From UHGV virus genome UHGV-1550212: DNA of 64,000 nt. One strand, written 5' to 3'. This document shows, piece by piece, positions 40,253 through 48,844 of the stretch. Numbering within the stretch: the stretch's first letter is position 1; every line of letters starts with the position of its first letter. The translations under genes and the position numbers were made by a program. Under the pieces are notes generated by a model. That model did no database searches, had not been told where the DNA came from, and saw only the letters and a program-made list of their open reading frames with translations. Origin of the DNA: a virus.

Positions 40253-41254
40253 TCAATGAGCCCAGTTAAGCCATACGTCATCAATTGATTGCGTAGTATA
40301 TTCACAATCATACAAAAAATCTACAAGAGCATCATAATTGCGTCTGCCCCATAATTTGTGCTTCAGACTGCCGATTTCTTCGTCTTTCTTGTAATTGTTG
40401 TAGATTCGTTCAAGCATTGCTGAAGAACCTGCTTTTGTGTCATATTCTGCCTCAAACAAACAGCCACAACTTGCTTTCTTTACAATTATGCGGTCATACA
40501 TTGACACTACTGCTCTCAAAATGCTCTTTGACTGCAATCGTAGCGTGTCAAGTTTATTGCATTGAGACTCCCATTTTTTGTACAACGTGTTGAATGATGG
40601 ATTGTCAAGTAGCTTGTCTGCAATTGCATACGCAAATGACATTGCATGCCAATCATCTGTTCTGAAGTCCTCTGTGTTATGCTTGTTGTAATAGGCGCCA
40701 GTCGGTGCACAGCCAATAAACGCTTCAAGCTGTCCAGCATCATTTCGCAATATACGCAATGAATGCTTGTTAAAGAATGACACCCATATGCGATTGTGCG
40801 CAACTATCACAGAATACTTGTTTTCGCATTTTGCAGCAGCATCACTTATTGAACGACAATCAATTTGCTTGCAAATTGATGTTATGAATGCTGCAAACTC
40901 TTCATGCTTCTTGAGCTTGTTTTGCGTGACGTCATACAGATGTAGCAGTCCATTGACAACAGAGTCAAGCTTAGCTTCGTCAGATTCAAAACTGCCAAAT
41001 GTTTCAAAGACTCGCATCTCTTTGTCAACAAGTGTTTCTACAATTGCATCAATATCTTTGCTAAGTAGTGTTTTGGGTTCTAACGTTGCATGCATAAATG
41101 TCAATTGAAGCAATGCATTTGCAGTTTGCTCAGACAACACATCATTTGCACGTGCAATGTCGATTGCAGCTTTAAGTTCTGTTCGTTTGACTTCAAAATA
41201 TCGTTGCAGCTGTAGTTTAAGTTGCTGAGAGTAGACGTTATTTGGTCTGAGCAT
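40253..41254 (-). CDS. hypothetical protein
   Basis: 333-aa ORF, ATG confirmed. Confidence 0.45.
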   Translation of the reverse strand: MLRPNNVYSQQLKLQLQRYFEVKRTELKAAIDIARANDVLSEQTANALLQLTFMHATLEPKTLLSKDIDAIVETLVDKEMRVFETFGSFESDEAKLDSVVNGLLHLYDVTQNKLKKHEEFAAFITSICKQIDCRSISDAAAKCENKYSVIVAHNRIWVSFFNKHSLRILRNDAGQLEAFIGCAPTGAYYNKHNTEDFRTDDWHAMSFAYAIADKLLDNPSFNTLYKKWESQCNKLDTLRLQSKSILRAVVSMYDRIIVKKASCGCLFEAEYDTKAGSSAMLERIYNNYKKDEEIGSLKHKLWGRRNYDALVDFLYDCEYTTQSIDDVWLNWAH

Positions 41255-41294
41255 ATTTGGGACGGATTCTTGTCTTTACTTTACTATATGAAAA

Positions 41295-41340
41295 TTGTAC
41301 CACAAGTTGTCAAGTTTTGCTAACTTTGACGACTTGTGGT
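41295..41340 (-). terminator. hairpin downstream of Cys-rich gene (terminator-like)
   Basis: 11-bp arms GTACCACAAGT / ACTTGTGGTAC enclosing a second imperfect inverted repeat; weak T-run on the minus strand. Confidence 0.35.
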
Positions 41341-41363
41341 ACGTCTGTTTTGTACATATGCAG

Positions 41364-41732
41364 TTATTTGATTGCACGTTCAAACATTCTGCAGCACCAG
41401 TCTTTATATGCAGGATTGCCCTTGACATCTGCTCGGAATGCGCAGTTGATAAGAGTCTTCTCCTCATTAACAAAGCATGCATAACGGCAGTTTGCGCAAC
41501 AACGAGCATCTTCTTGTTTTGTGCAAAATGCTGCACATGTCATGTCATCTTCTGTGTTGCGAATTGTTTTTGTTGGCGTGTACTCATAAGTGCACTGACA
41601 AATGCCATTATGCTCACGATGAAAGAAGCAATTTTTGCAAATATGTGCAACTTCTTCAACTGGTGCTGATGCTGCATATGTTTGTTCTTGCTCTACTGCA
41701 GACTGTGCAGCAACTTTAGTCTTTTTTGCCAT
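41364..41732 (-). CDS. cysteine-rich protein (probable metal-binding)
   Basis: Track ORF 41364..41816 starts inside the tandem repeats; start placed at ATG 41730-41732 (MAKKTKVAAQ). 122 aa with 14 Cys including CKNCFF, CQC, CCANCRYAC, CC. Confidence 0.45.
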   Translation of the reverse strand: MAKKTKVAAQSAVEQEQTYAASAPVEEVAHICKNCFFHREHNGICQCTYEYTPTKTIRNTEDDMTCAAFCTKQEDARCCANCRYACFVNEEKTLINCAFRADVKGNPAYKDWCCRMFERAIK

Positions 41733-41757
41733 TGTATCAAATATTTGTATTTGTAAG

Positions 41758-41832
41758 TTGTTTTGATGCAAAATGCAAAACAATATAAAATTGTTTTGAT
41801 GCAAAATGCAAAACAATATAAAATTGTTTTGA
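41758..41832 (-). repeat. tandem 33-bp repeats (2.3 copies) carrying the TGCATTTTGCATC core
   Basis: GTTTTGATGCAAAATGCAAAACAATATAAAATT x2 plus a partial copy; 26 nt upstream of the Cys-rich gene and just downstream of the ligase stop. Reverse complement of the motif in the 728-875 array. Confidence 0.6.
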
Positions 41833-41835
41833 TAT

Positions 41836-43740
41836 CTACAAAGATTTGAACAATTCCTCGTATGTTACAATTTTCTTGCCTTTTGCAAGTGCTGCTTTCA
41901 TTTTGTTCGACAGCTTGTTGACATCATTTGTGACAACATAGTCACATGCATCAATGTTTGCACCGACATCTTCAAGCTTACCATTTGCTGCATCAATAAA
42001 TGCGCCTTTTGTAGCCCAAGTAGGCTTAGGCGAGCCCGTCATGACAACTTTGATTGCTGCATCATTTGTAGACGTCTCTTTATGCATTTCATTAAACATT
42101 ACGAAGCATTGCGGAAAATGCTTGAGCAATCTTTGTATGACATTCAGCTTTATGAGCTTGTCAATTGGCTCCATGCTCAAGCCCTTAAAGTCATACTGAC
42201 AATTGCTGAAGTATGCAGATAACTGATACGCTGCTTTGCTGCCAAGACCAGGAATCTGCATGCATTCAATGAAATGCGATAAGTAAATGCTACTGAAGCG
42301 TTCACGTAAGCCTGCAATGACTGTACGGTCATTTTTGCTGTTTGTGTCAAACTGCAGCAGCTCAAACAGTCGTTCATTGTCAACTTCTTGCACAATGCAG
42401 AACAAGTCTTCAATTGTGGGCGCATCAGAGAATGTCAACATGACATCAAGATTGTCTTGTGCAATAAGCAAAGCCTCGCAAATTTTCGTAGCATAAACCC
42501 AACCAAGCCCATCGATGTTAAGCTTGCAAACGCCTTTGATAAACCTCGTGCATCTTGCAAATTCCTCAGGCATCATCAAGTGAATGCCATCGACATATGC
42601 ATGTACAGGAATGTCAGCTTTGCTGATATCACCAGGTTCAATACATTCTTGAATGTCTGGAATAATGTCGCCGCCCTTTTCAATACGAACAAGAGCGCCA
42701 GGCCAAATGTCATTTGCATGCAAAAAGCCATAGTGAAATGCTGAAGCTGCTTTTACTGTAGTGCCATCAAGCTCAACAGGCTCAAGTTCAACTCTCGGAA
42801 AAAGCTCACCATTGATTCGCTGACGCCAATCAATTCTAGTCACTCGAGTTACAGCAGACATTGCATCAAGCTTCAATGCAACCATGTTTGCGTATTCTGC
42901 TGCATTTGCAAACTGCTGCTCAATCCACAAGTCATCTGCAAAAGGCTTGACTACAATGCCATCAATGCGATATTTGAATTCTGGGCGTTCATTAGCAATT
43001 TTTGTGCAAGTTTCTGCAAACTCATTGTAATCAGTGACTTCAAAGACTTCTGCAATGAATTCTGCAGGCCAGCCAACTTTAGCAAGAGCATCTGCAGGAT
43101 TGGTTTGCTCATATGTTTTGCCATCAAGTGTGTCAGTCAACATGTATGCCATAGGGTCAATGTCTTCCATGCCACACATATCTAATGACTTCACAAATGC
43201 CGCAGCAGTATTACGCTCATTTTTGTATTTAACTGAGCCATCAGAGTTGAAGTGATACTTTTGTGCAAAAATGTCTTTTGCAATGACAGCTTCAAAGCGA
43301 ATCTGATATGGCTGTTCTGCTGCAGCAAGCTGCATCGGCACTTTGCCTGCTACAACAAATTTGCGCGTGACATCATAGCCCGTATAGCCATCACCACGAG
43401 TAACAACTTTTAGCAATCTGCCATCAGTGTCGTAATGTGCTTCACAGCCCATGCCGTCATACTTGTGCATAAGTAACATTTTATAACCAACAATGTTGCA
43501 CACAATATCATGCAATGTGGTTGTAAACTGTGACTTTGTGTGAATTGCAGCAAGACTTAATGCAGGTGTAAGATGCTTAACTTCTTGCTTGTTTGACTCT
43601 TCAAAACGAATCTTATGTTTAATGTCATCATTTGCAAGAAGCTGCTGTTCAAGAGCATCAAATGCATCATCAGACATTATCGGATTGCCCGCATAATATG
43701 CAGCTATAGCGTCATGGTACGTATTGAGCATGTCAGTCAT
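41836..43740 (-). CDS. ligA: NAD-dependent DNA ligase
   Basis: 634 aa, ATG confirmed. Adenylation motif HKYDG (KxDG) and VTRGDGYTGYDVT (LigA motif TRGDGxxGEDVT). Confidence 0.7.
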   Translation of the reverse strand: MTDMLNTYHDAIAAYYAGNPIMSDDAFDALEQQLLANDDIKHKIRFEESNKQEVKHLTPALSLAAIHTKSQFTTTLHDIVCNIVGYKMLLMHKYDGMGCEAHYDTDGRLLKVVTRGDGYTGYDVTRKFVVAGKVPMQLAAAEQPYQIRFEAVIAKDIFAQKYHFNSDGSVKYKNERNTAAAFVKSLDMCGMEDIDPMAYMLTDTLDGKTYEQTNPADALAKVGWPAEFIAEVFEVTDYNEFAETCTKIANERPEFKYRIDGIVVKPFADDLWIEQQFANAAEYANMVALKLDAMSAVTRVTRIDWRQRINGELFPRVELEPVELDGTTVKAASAFHYGFLHANDIWPGALVRIEKGGDIIPDIQECIEPGDISKADIPVHAYVDGIHLMMPEEFARCTRFIKGVCKLNIDGLGWVYATKICEALLIAQDNLDVMLTFSDAPTIEDLFCIVQEVDNERLFELLQFDTNSKNDRTVIAGLRERFSSIYLSHFIECMQIPGLGSKAAYQLSAYFSNCQYDFKGLSMEPIDKLIKLNVIQRLLKHFPQCFVMFNEMHKETSTNDAAIKVVMTGSPKPTWATKGAFIDAANGKLEDVGANIDACDYVVTNDVNKLSNKMKAALAKGKKIVTYEELFKSL

Positions 43741-43972
43741 CGTCTTCTTCTGTTAAATCATTTTCTTCTACCAATGTGTCGGTTGTGTCAATATCTGGAA
43801 ATTCGTAGTTGTTAGGTCGTTTTACGCTAATGTCATGCAAATGCTTCATAAGTTTATCACGAGTCATAAAGAACGTGTTATTATTATCATTTGCATACAT
43901 TAAGGGTTTTGCTGTAGATTCATATGTAGTTGCCGTGCATACATACAACGGCGAGCCATTCAGTGTTGGCAT
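43733..43972 (-). CDS. hypothetical small protein, acidic C-terminus
   Basis: 79-aa ORF, ATG confirmed; ends LTEEDDD; overlaps the ligase start by 8 nt. Confidence 0.35.
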   Translation of the reverse strand: MPTLNGSPLYVCTATTYESTAKPLMYANDNNNTFFMTRDKLMKHLHDISVKRPNNYEFPDIDTTDTLVEENDLTEEDDD

Positions 43973-43973
43973 T

Positions 43974-44417
43974 TCATTGCAATTGTTTTTGATACGCTAT
44001 CAATTCATTAAGCAATTCATCTGCATGACATTGAACAAGCAGTTGCCACGTTTTTGAATCAATGCCCTCAGTTTGCATATACAAGTCTACTACTCGTTTG
44101 TCAAACTTGTTTATTGCATCTACAGTAGCATTACTTGCAGGTTTGTCAACTTTCTTACCGCTGATAAAAGACCATTTTGGCTGTCTTGCATTACCAAGTT
44201 CTCTATGATAAGCATTCATAACTTGTGTCATGTCCATACCGAGTTTGTTGAATGCTTGAGCAATCTGCGGAAAGGCTATGGCAACATTGCGATTTGTCAT
44301 GAATGCATTGTCTGCTTTTTGTTTTGCAGTCAACTTATCATAATCGCTATCACGAACATACAATAGCTCCTTGAATTTGAAGAAGTCTACTTTTTGTGTG
44401 ATGAATTGTTCTGCCAT
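43974..44417 (-). CDS. hypothetical protein
   Basis: 147-aa ORF, ATG confirmed (cat 44415-44417); first gene downstream of promoter-like element 44433-44478. Confidence 0.45.
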   Translation of the reverse strand: MAEQFITQKVDFFKFKELLYVRDSDYDKLTAKQKADNAFMTNRNVAIAFPQIAQAFNKLGMDMTQVMNAYHRELGNARQPKWSFISGKKVDKPASNATVDAINKFDKRVVDLYMQTEGIDSKTWQLLVQCHADELLNELIAYQKQLQ

Positions 44418-44432
44418 TGAAGTTTATTGTTA

Positions 44433-44478
44433 TATAGTGATATAGTACAACAAAAATCTCAAATTTGCACACTATGAT
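44433..44478 (-). promoter_or_regulatory. composite promoter-like element
   Basis: Minus strand: ATCATAGTGTGCAAATTTGAGATTTTTGTTGTACTATATCACTATA, 15-60 nt upstream of ATG 44417; near-identical copies at 59956-60000 and 62388-62428. Confidence 0.5.
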
Positions 44479-44996
44479 GGCTTTTTGTCATCAAATTTGA
44501 AAATGACTGGCATTGCAGAATCAGGCTTTATGTCGCCTTTGCTAACTGCGTCATTTAAGCATTCTACAATCTTTTTGCCAAAGTCTTTTACTTCTGCAGG
44601 AATTTTCTCATATGGCACATTTGATGACAATTGGGGCTCGTTTTGTTGATGCTCATTTTGTTGAAGCTCTGCTGTTTCAGATAGCTGCTTGTCAATTCGA
44701 GTACACATCAATTCATCACGTGCATCAATAAATTCTTGAATTGCTTGCAGCTGCTCAATGCTGCATATGACAACACATTGCAATAAGTTTGATGCATCAT
44801 AGAATGACATGCCAACAATTCGTGTAGTGTCATAATCGAATGCACATGAAGATTGCGCATAATCGATGTCTTTCAATGTATCCATAAACGACATTGATAA
44901 GTCTTCAATACCTGATACATCTGCAATGCTGAACACAAATTGTGTGCTGCCAACGCATTCATGCTTATCTGAAAATATGAGCTTATCTACTGTCAT
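44472..44996 (-). CDS. hypothetical protein
   Basis: 174-aa ORF, ATG confirmed. Confidence 0.45.
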   Translation of the reverse strand: MTVDKLIFSDKHECVGSTQFVFSIADVSGIEDLSMSFMDTLKDIDYAQSSCAFDYDTTRIVGMSFYDASNLLQCVVICSIEQLQAIQEFIDARDELMCTRIDKQLSETAELQQNEHQQNEPQLSSNVPYEKIPAEVKDFGKKIVECLNDAVSKGDIKPDSAMPVIFKFDDKKPS

Positions 44997-45208
44997 TTCG
45001 TAGTTACTTTTGTGATGATGCCCTTTGCAAGCATCTTTTTGTATGTGTCATAGCCGATAATGTCAATTGTTGTGTCGTTTACTCGCCGAACAATCAACTC
45101 TGCTTTATCTGCAGCAGACATGATGTTATCTGCAGCTTCTTTGTTTGCAGTGATAGCAGACCACTTACCATTACCGAGCTTAGTTATGTTTGCTTTGATT
45201 GATGTCAT
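44993..45208 (-). CDS. hypothetical small protein
   Basis: 71-aa ORF, ATG confirmed; 4-nt overlap with the downstream gene. Confidence 0.4.
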   Translation of the reverse strand: MTSIKANITKLGNGKWSAITANKEAADNIMSAADKAELIVRRVNDTTIDIIGYDTYKKMLAKGIITKVTTK

Positions 45209-45213
45209 TGTTG

Positions 45214-46557
45214 TCAGAATTGAAACATGTTGTTGATAAACGTATCGCCAAACTGCGCATCTGCAGCTTTTGACGTTATGTCATACGTTGCTGCATTGAT
45301 GCCGAGTGCAGTTATTGTTGATTGCGCATCTACAAGTTCATACACTTTGCAGCTTGGCTTTGTAATGTCTGTAAACGACATTGTGTACATGAAGTTTTCA
45401 AAGATATGTCTTGGTACTTCACGTGCATTCAAACATGCAAGTTGTCTATTTTCTGCAAATCGCGCCTTGAGCCATTCAAAGTCATCTGCAGGTACTGAGT
45501 CAACATTCATGAATGTCTTATATGCTGCAGTCAAAAACATTGCAATGACTTCGTCATCATACAAATCTTCACCAAGCATATATCGCATGCCAGGTTCCAA
45601 CTGTTTTGCATTGTCAGTTTCAATACCAAGAGACTTCAATGCATCGTAGATTTGGCCTACAGATAAATGCGACCAATTGTTGCCACGTTTCTTGAGCTTG
45701 CCAAACAATTCTGGGATGTTGTCACCAGCATCACCAAGCACAATCTTGTAAAACAAGAAACTTGGCACATGTTCATGAATCTCTGCATCAACATACTCAA
45801 GCAATGCTGCATATGGGTTGTCAAGAATGCGTGTTTTAACTTGAGCACCAGCAAAGCTGTCGAAGATGCTGCCGCCGACATTCTGCGACTTTTCACCAGC
45901 AAGTTCTTTGATGTGTTCAAGCACAAACTTGTCGCCCATCAGTACTCGAGACTTCTGCCACCCATTTGCTTTGCAGCCATTTTTGATGATTGCATATGCT
46001 GAACATGCGCCAGTGTATGTGTCAACACAAACACATTGAGTCAAGTCTTTGTCAGTGCCTTGATACAACACATTGCGGCCTTTTGACGTTGCATATCTGC
46101 TAAGCATGAAGATGACATCATCAGCTTCTGCTTCAGAAAGCTTAATGTGACGAATGCCATGCACTTCTTGCATCAACTTCAACCAGTCAAAGTATACACC
46201 ATAAACTTTGAGCCAGTTGATTGTCTGGTCATATGTTCGAGTGCCTTTGTAACCAGCATCTTCACCTTGTTCAAAGCCCTCTCTTGTCAAGTATTGATGC
46301 TTTGAGCGCCACAAATTCGACTTTTTGTCATCGACCGCAATGATGACATCATCAACAACATCTTCAAGTCTACGAAGCTCATTACAAAGGTCGAGCGTTA
46401 ACTTGGATATCAAAGACAGTCTTGATGCATTCTCATTCTTTTCGAATGACAAGTCTGTGCCTGATTTTGCTAATACTGGCACTCTGCTCTTCAACCACCA
46501 GCTTCCATCAATTACGTAGATGAACTTGTGATTATGAGTATTGTCAAGCTTTGTCAT
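45214..46557 (-). CDS. 5'-3' exonuclease / flap endonuclease (T4 RNase H-like)
   Basis: 447 aa, ATG confirmed. FIYVIDGSWW (N-terminal metal-site I.D motif), VIIAVDDKKS, LSEAEADDVIFML and GTDKDLTQCV match the FEN/T4 rnh acidic motifs. Confidence 0.55.
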   Translation of the reverse strand: MTKLDNTHNHKFIYVIDGSWWLKSRVPVLAKSGTDLSFEKNENASRLSLISKLTLDLCNELRRLEDVVDDVIIAVDDKKSNLWRSKHQYLTREGFEQGEDAGYKGTRTYDQTINWLKVYGVYFDWLKLMQEVHGIRHIKLSEAEADDVIFMLSRYATSKGRNVLYQGTDKDLTQCVCVDTYTGACSAYAIIKNGCKANGWQKSRVLMGDKFVLEHIKELAGEKSQNVGGSIFDSFAGAQVKTRILDNPYAALLEYVDAEIHEHVPSFLFYKIVLGDAGDNIPELFGKLKKRGNNWSHLSVGQIYDALKSLGIETDNAKQLEPGMRYMLGEDLYDDEVIAMFLTAAYKTFMNVDSVPADDFEWLKARFAENRQLACLNAREVPRHIFENFMYTMSFTDITKPSCKVYELVDAQSTITALGINAATYDITSKAADAQFGDTFINNMFQF

Positions 46558-46805
46558 TGTCTGAATGCTTTTGCAATTGCTGATGTTGAGAGCATTGGCA
46601 CACTACCATTTTTGAAGCGAGGCTTTTTGTTTGACAACGACCACTTTTGCTTATGCCACTTTGAGCAGTTTGTGCCACGATTTGTTACATCTGCGCCGGA
46701 CCTTGAGCACTTGAGTCGGAAATCTTGTGCAGATGTGCAGTGCTTCTTTATTGAATGCTGACAATTATAGCAGCATTTATCTTGTGGTGTCACTGGATAT
46801 CTCAT
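46554..46805 (-). CDS. small basic Cys-rich protein (putative)
   Basis: Track ORF 46554..46913 overlaps the upstream gene; an internal ATG at 46805 gives an 83-aa basic protein with CCYNC ... C ... C. Confidence 0.3.
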   Translation of the reverse strand: MRYPVTPQDKCCYNCQHSIKKHCTSAQDFRLKCSRSGADVTNRGTNCSKWHKQKWSLSNKKPRFKNGSVPMLSTSAIAKAFRQ

Positions 46806-46806
46806 G

Positions 46807-47274
46807 TCATTCAATGATAAGCGTATGACCAACTTCTTTCGCAAATGACACAATGCAGCCAAACAATTGCGGGTCACACCAAGGCTTGATGAACTGCTGC
46901 CACCAGTGAACATCAGATGACACCATCATTTCTTTGACAAGGTCTTCCTTTTCCCTGTCAAGATATGCAATATCACCCAATGCAAACATTGACTTCAAGA
47001 TGTTATCATCACTCATGTCAAACTTGCCAAGCCCTTGTTCGTCAACTTTTCGTGCAACTTTTATTGCATCAGGCAGCTTGCATGCCCCATTTGCGCATAA
47101 ACATGCTGCAAGAATTACAAATGCAGGCTTCTTATCCTGTGCAAGTCTGTATGCCCAATTGCGTGTTGCAGGAAAGTTTGGTACCCTGATGTCTACACCT
47201 TGAGGCAGATTTGATTCTTTAACTGCTTTGAGCTTGGCATCACTGCCAACCATGCCCATCTTTATTTGTGTCAT
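46807..47274 (-). CDS. hypothetical protein
   Basis: 155-aa ORF, ATG confirmed. Confidence 0.45.
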   Translation of the reverse strand: MTQIKMGMVGSDAKLKAVKESNLPQGVDIRVPNFPATRNWAYRLAQDKKPAFVILAACLCANGACKLPDAIKVARKVDEQGLGKFDMSDDNILKSMFALGDIAYLDREKEDLVKEMMVSSDVHWWQQFIKPWCDPQLFGCIVSFAKEVGHTLIIE

Positions 47275-47401
47275 ATATCAATCTTGGTCAAGAAATTGTT
47301 CTTCGTCATTTGACTGTTTCTTTGTCGACTCATCGACATTGTCTGCATCAAGCCATTTGTCATCTTGCTTGACTGTTCCAGTATCTGGTGCGTTCATATT
47401 G

Positions 47402-47797
47402 TCATCGGTTCTTTGAAAATGAAACTTGTGTTGATTGCTGTGGTCGTATATCGACAAACACTGAATCTACTGCGTCAAACTTAAGTGTCGCAAGTGAATC
47501 AATTGTCTGTCTTGCTTTTTGCAACTTGCGTGCTTTGATGCCTGATACTGTTGCAGACTTTTCAAGCAGATATGCATCACGAGGCGTCCAGTAACGAGCT
47601 TGCCAACGCATATGCATAGAGTCAACAATCAGATTTTCTGCTGCAGCGTCAATAATTGCCGCAGTTGATTGCTGAGTTGCATCAAGTCGTTGCTGCAACA
47701 CTGCTAATTGTTTTGTGTGCTGTTGCTGATGTTTGAATACTATGCTGATTGCTCCAAATAAGAGAAACCATGCAATAAACTGCAAAAATGACTTCAT
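47402..47797 (-). CDS. hypothetical membrane-anchored protein
   Basis: 131 aa, ATG confirmed; N-terminal hydrophobic segment FLQFIAWFLLFGAISIVF. Confidence 0.4.
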   Translation of the reverse strand: MKSFLQFIAWFLLFGAISIVFKHQQQHTKQLAVLQQRLDATQQSTAAIIDAAAENLIVDSMHMRWQARYWTPRDAYLLEKSATVSGIKARKLQKARQTIDSLATLKFDAVDSVFVDIRPQQSTQVSFSKNR

Positions 47798-48768
47798 GAT
47801 TGCTGCACGAATTTTGAGAGCTCGAATGATAATGCGAGCATTGTTATGAATTGGTCAATTGATTGTTTCGACTCTACACCGTATTTGTGAGCTGCAATGA
47901 CAATGTCTCCAAGTCGTGCAACAAAACCGGGTGTGTTCTTTGAGAGCTTTGCATAGCACCAATTTGCAAAGTCAGTTGAGAGAGCATTGATGACTTCGGT
48001 TTCACGACCTTTGTATTGTGACAGTGTTTTGTAAAATTCACGTGGGTCTTTGCATGCAACAATGAAATCATACAGTTCTTCAAACTTTGCTGACATGCCC
48101 TTTGTGACATGCTCAAGCGTTATATGACGCTCGCCTTGATTGAAGACAAAGTAGCAAATGTTCAGAATTTTGCGGAAGTCTGGGTAGTTATCTTGAATTA
48201 GCTTGATGAGCGCTTCTTTTTCAATTGTGCATTCATTTTCCTTCAAGATATTGTAGACGCGAACCATGCATTTCTTCATCAACTGTTCTGCGACATCATC
48301 AGAAAAGTCGAATGATAGCATTTTGAGACGAGATTGAGCAATTGATGCATCAATGCGGTCTGGATAGTTGCAAGTTGCAATGAAAAACGCGATGCCTGCA
48401 AACTCTTCAATGGTGCCTCTTAAAGCCATCTGACTTTGCACAGATAAAAAATCCATTTCATCAAGCAGCACAACCTTTACGCCACTTGACGACAATGACA
48501 TATGCTGACAGAATTCTGAAATTGTGTTGCGAACTGTGTCAATGCCAGAATTCTTTGAGCAGTTAATTTGCAAAATTGAACGCCTATCAGTCCACTTCAA
48601 TGCCAATGCTCTTGCTGCGGTTGTTTTTCCACTTCCTGGTGCTCCTGCGAACAAATAATTTTGCGGCTGACCATTAAATGCTGCAGCATAATCATCAGGC
48701 ACAATTAACTCTTCGACTTTTGTTGGCCTGTAGCGTTCTAACCAAGTTTTATCTTTAAGGGATGCCAT
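47794..48768 (-). CDS. sliding-clamp loader ATPase (T4 gp44-like AAA+)
   Basis: Track start 48801 is TTG; ATG at 48766-48768 used. WLERYRPTKVEELIVP, FAGAPGSGKTT (Walker A), VVLLDEMD (Walker B) and NYPDFRKIL parallel T4 gp44 (KYRPSTIDECILP, SPGTGKTT, VIVIDEFD, NFPDFRKTI). Confidence 0.75.
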   Translation of the reverse strand: MASLKDKTWLERYRPTKVEELIVPDDYAAAFNGQPQNYLFAGAPGSGKTTAARALALKWTDRRSILQINCSKNSGIDTVRNTISEFCQHMSLSSSGVKVVLLDEMDFLSVQSQMALRGTIEEFAGIAFFIATCNYPDRIDASIAQSRLKMLSFDFSDDVAEQLMKKCMVRVYNILKENECTIEKEALIKLIQDNYPDFRKILNICYFVFNQGERHITLEHVTKGMSAKFEELYDFIVACKDPREFYKTLSQYKGRETEVINALSTDFANWCYAKLSKNTPGFVARLGDIVIAAHKYGVESKQSIDQFITMLALSFELSKFVQQS

Positions 48769-48775
48769 TTGTTGT

Positions 48776-48844
48776 TTGTTGTGATATGTGATATGATGCA
48801 AAATGCATATTCATATTGTATATGAATATGATACAACAAACGTG
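48776..48844 (-). promoter_or_regulatory. promoter-like region upstream of clamp loader
   Basis: Minus strand: CGTTTGTTGTATCATATTCATATACAATATGAATATGCATTTTGCATCATATCAC; combines the TTGTA+ATAT element with one TGCATTTTGCATC core. Confidence 0.45.
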
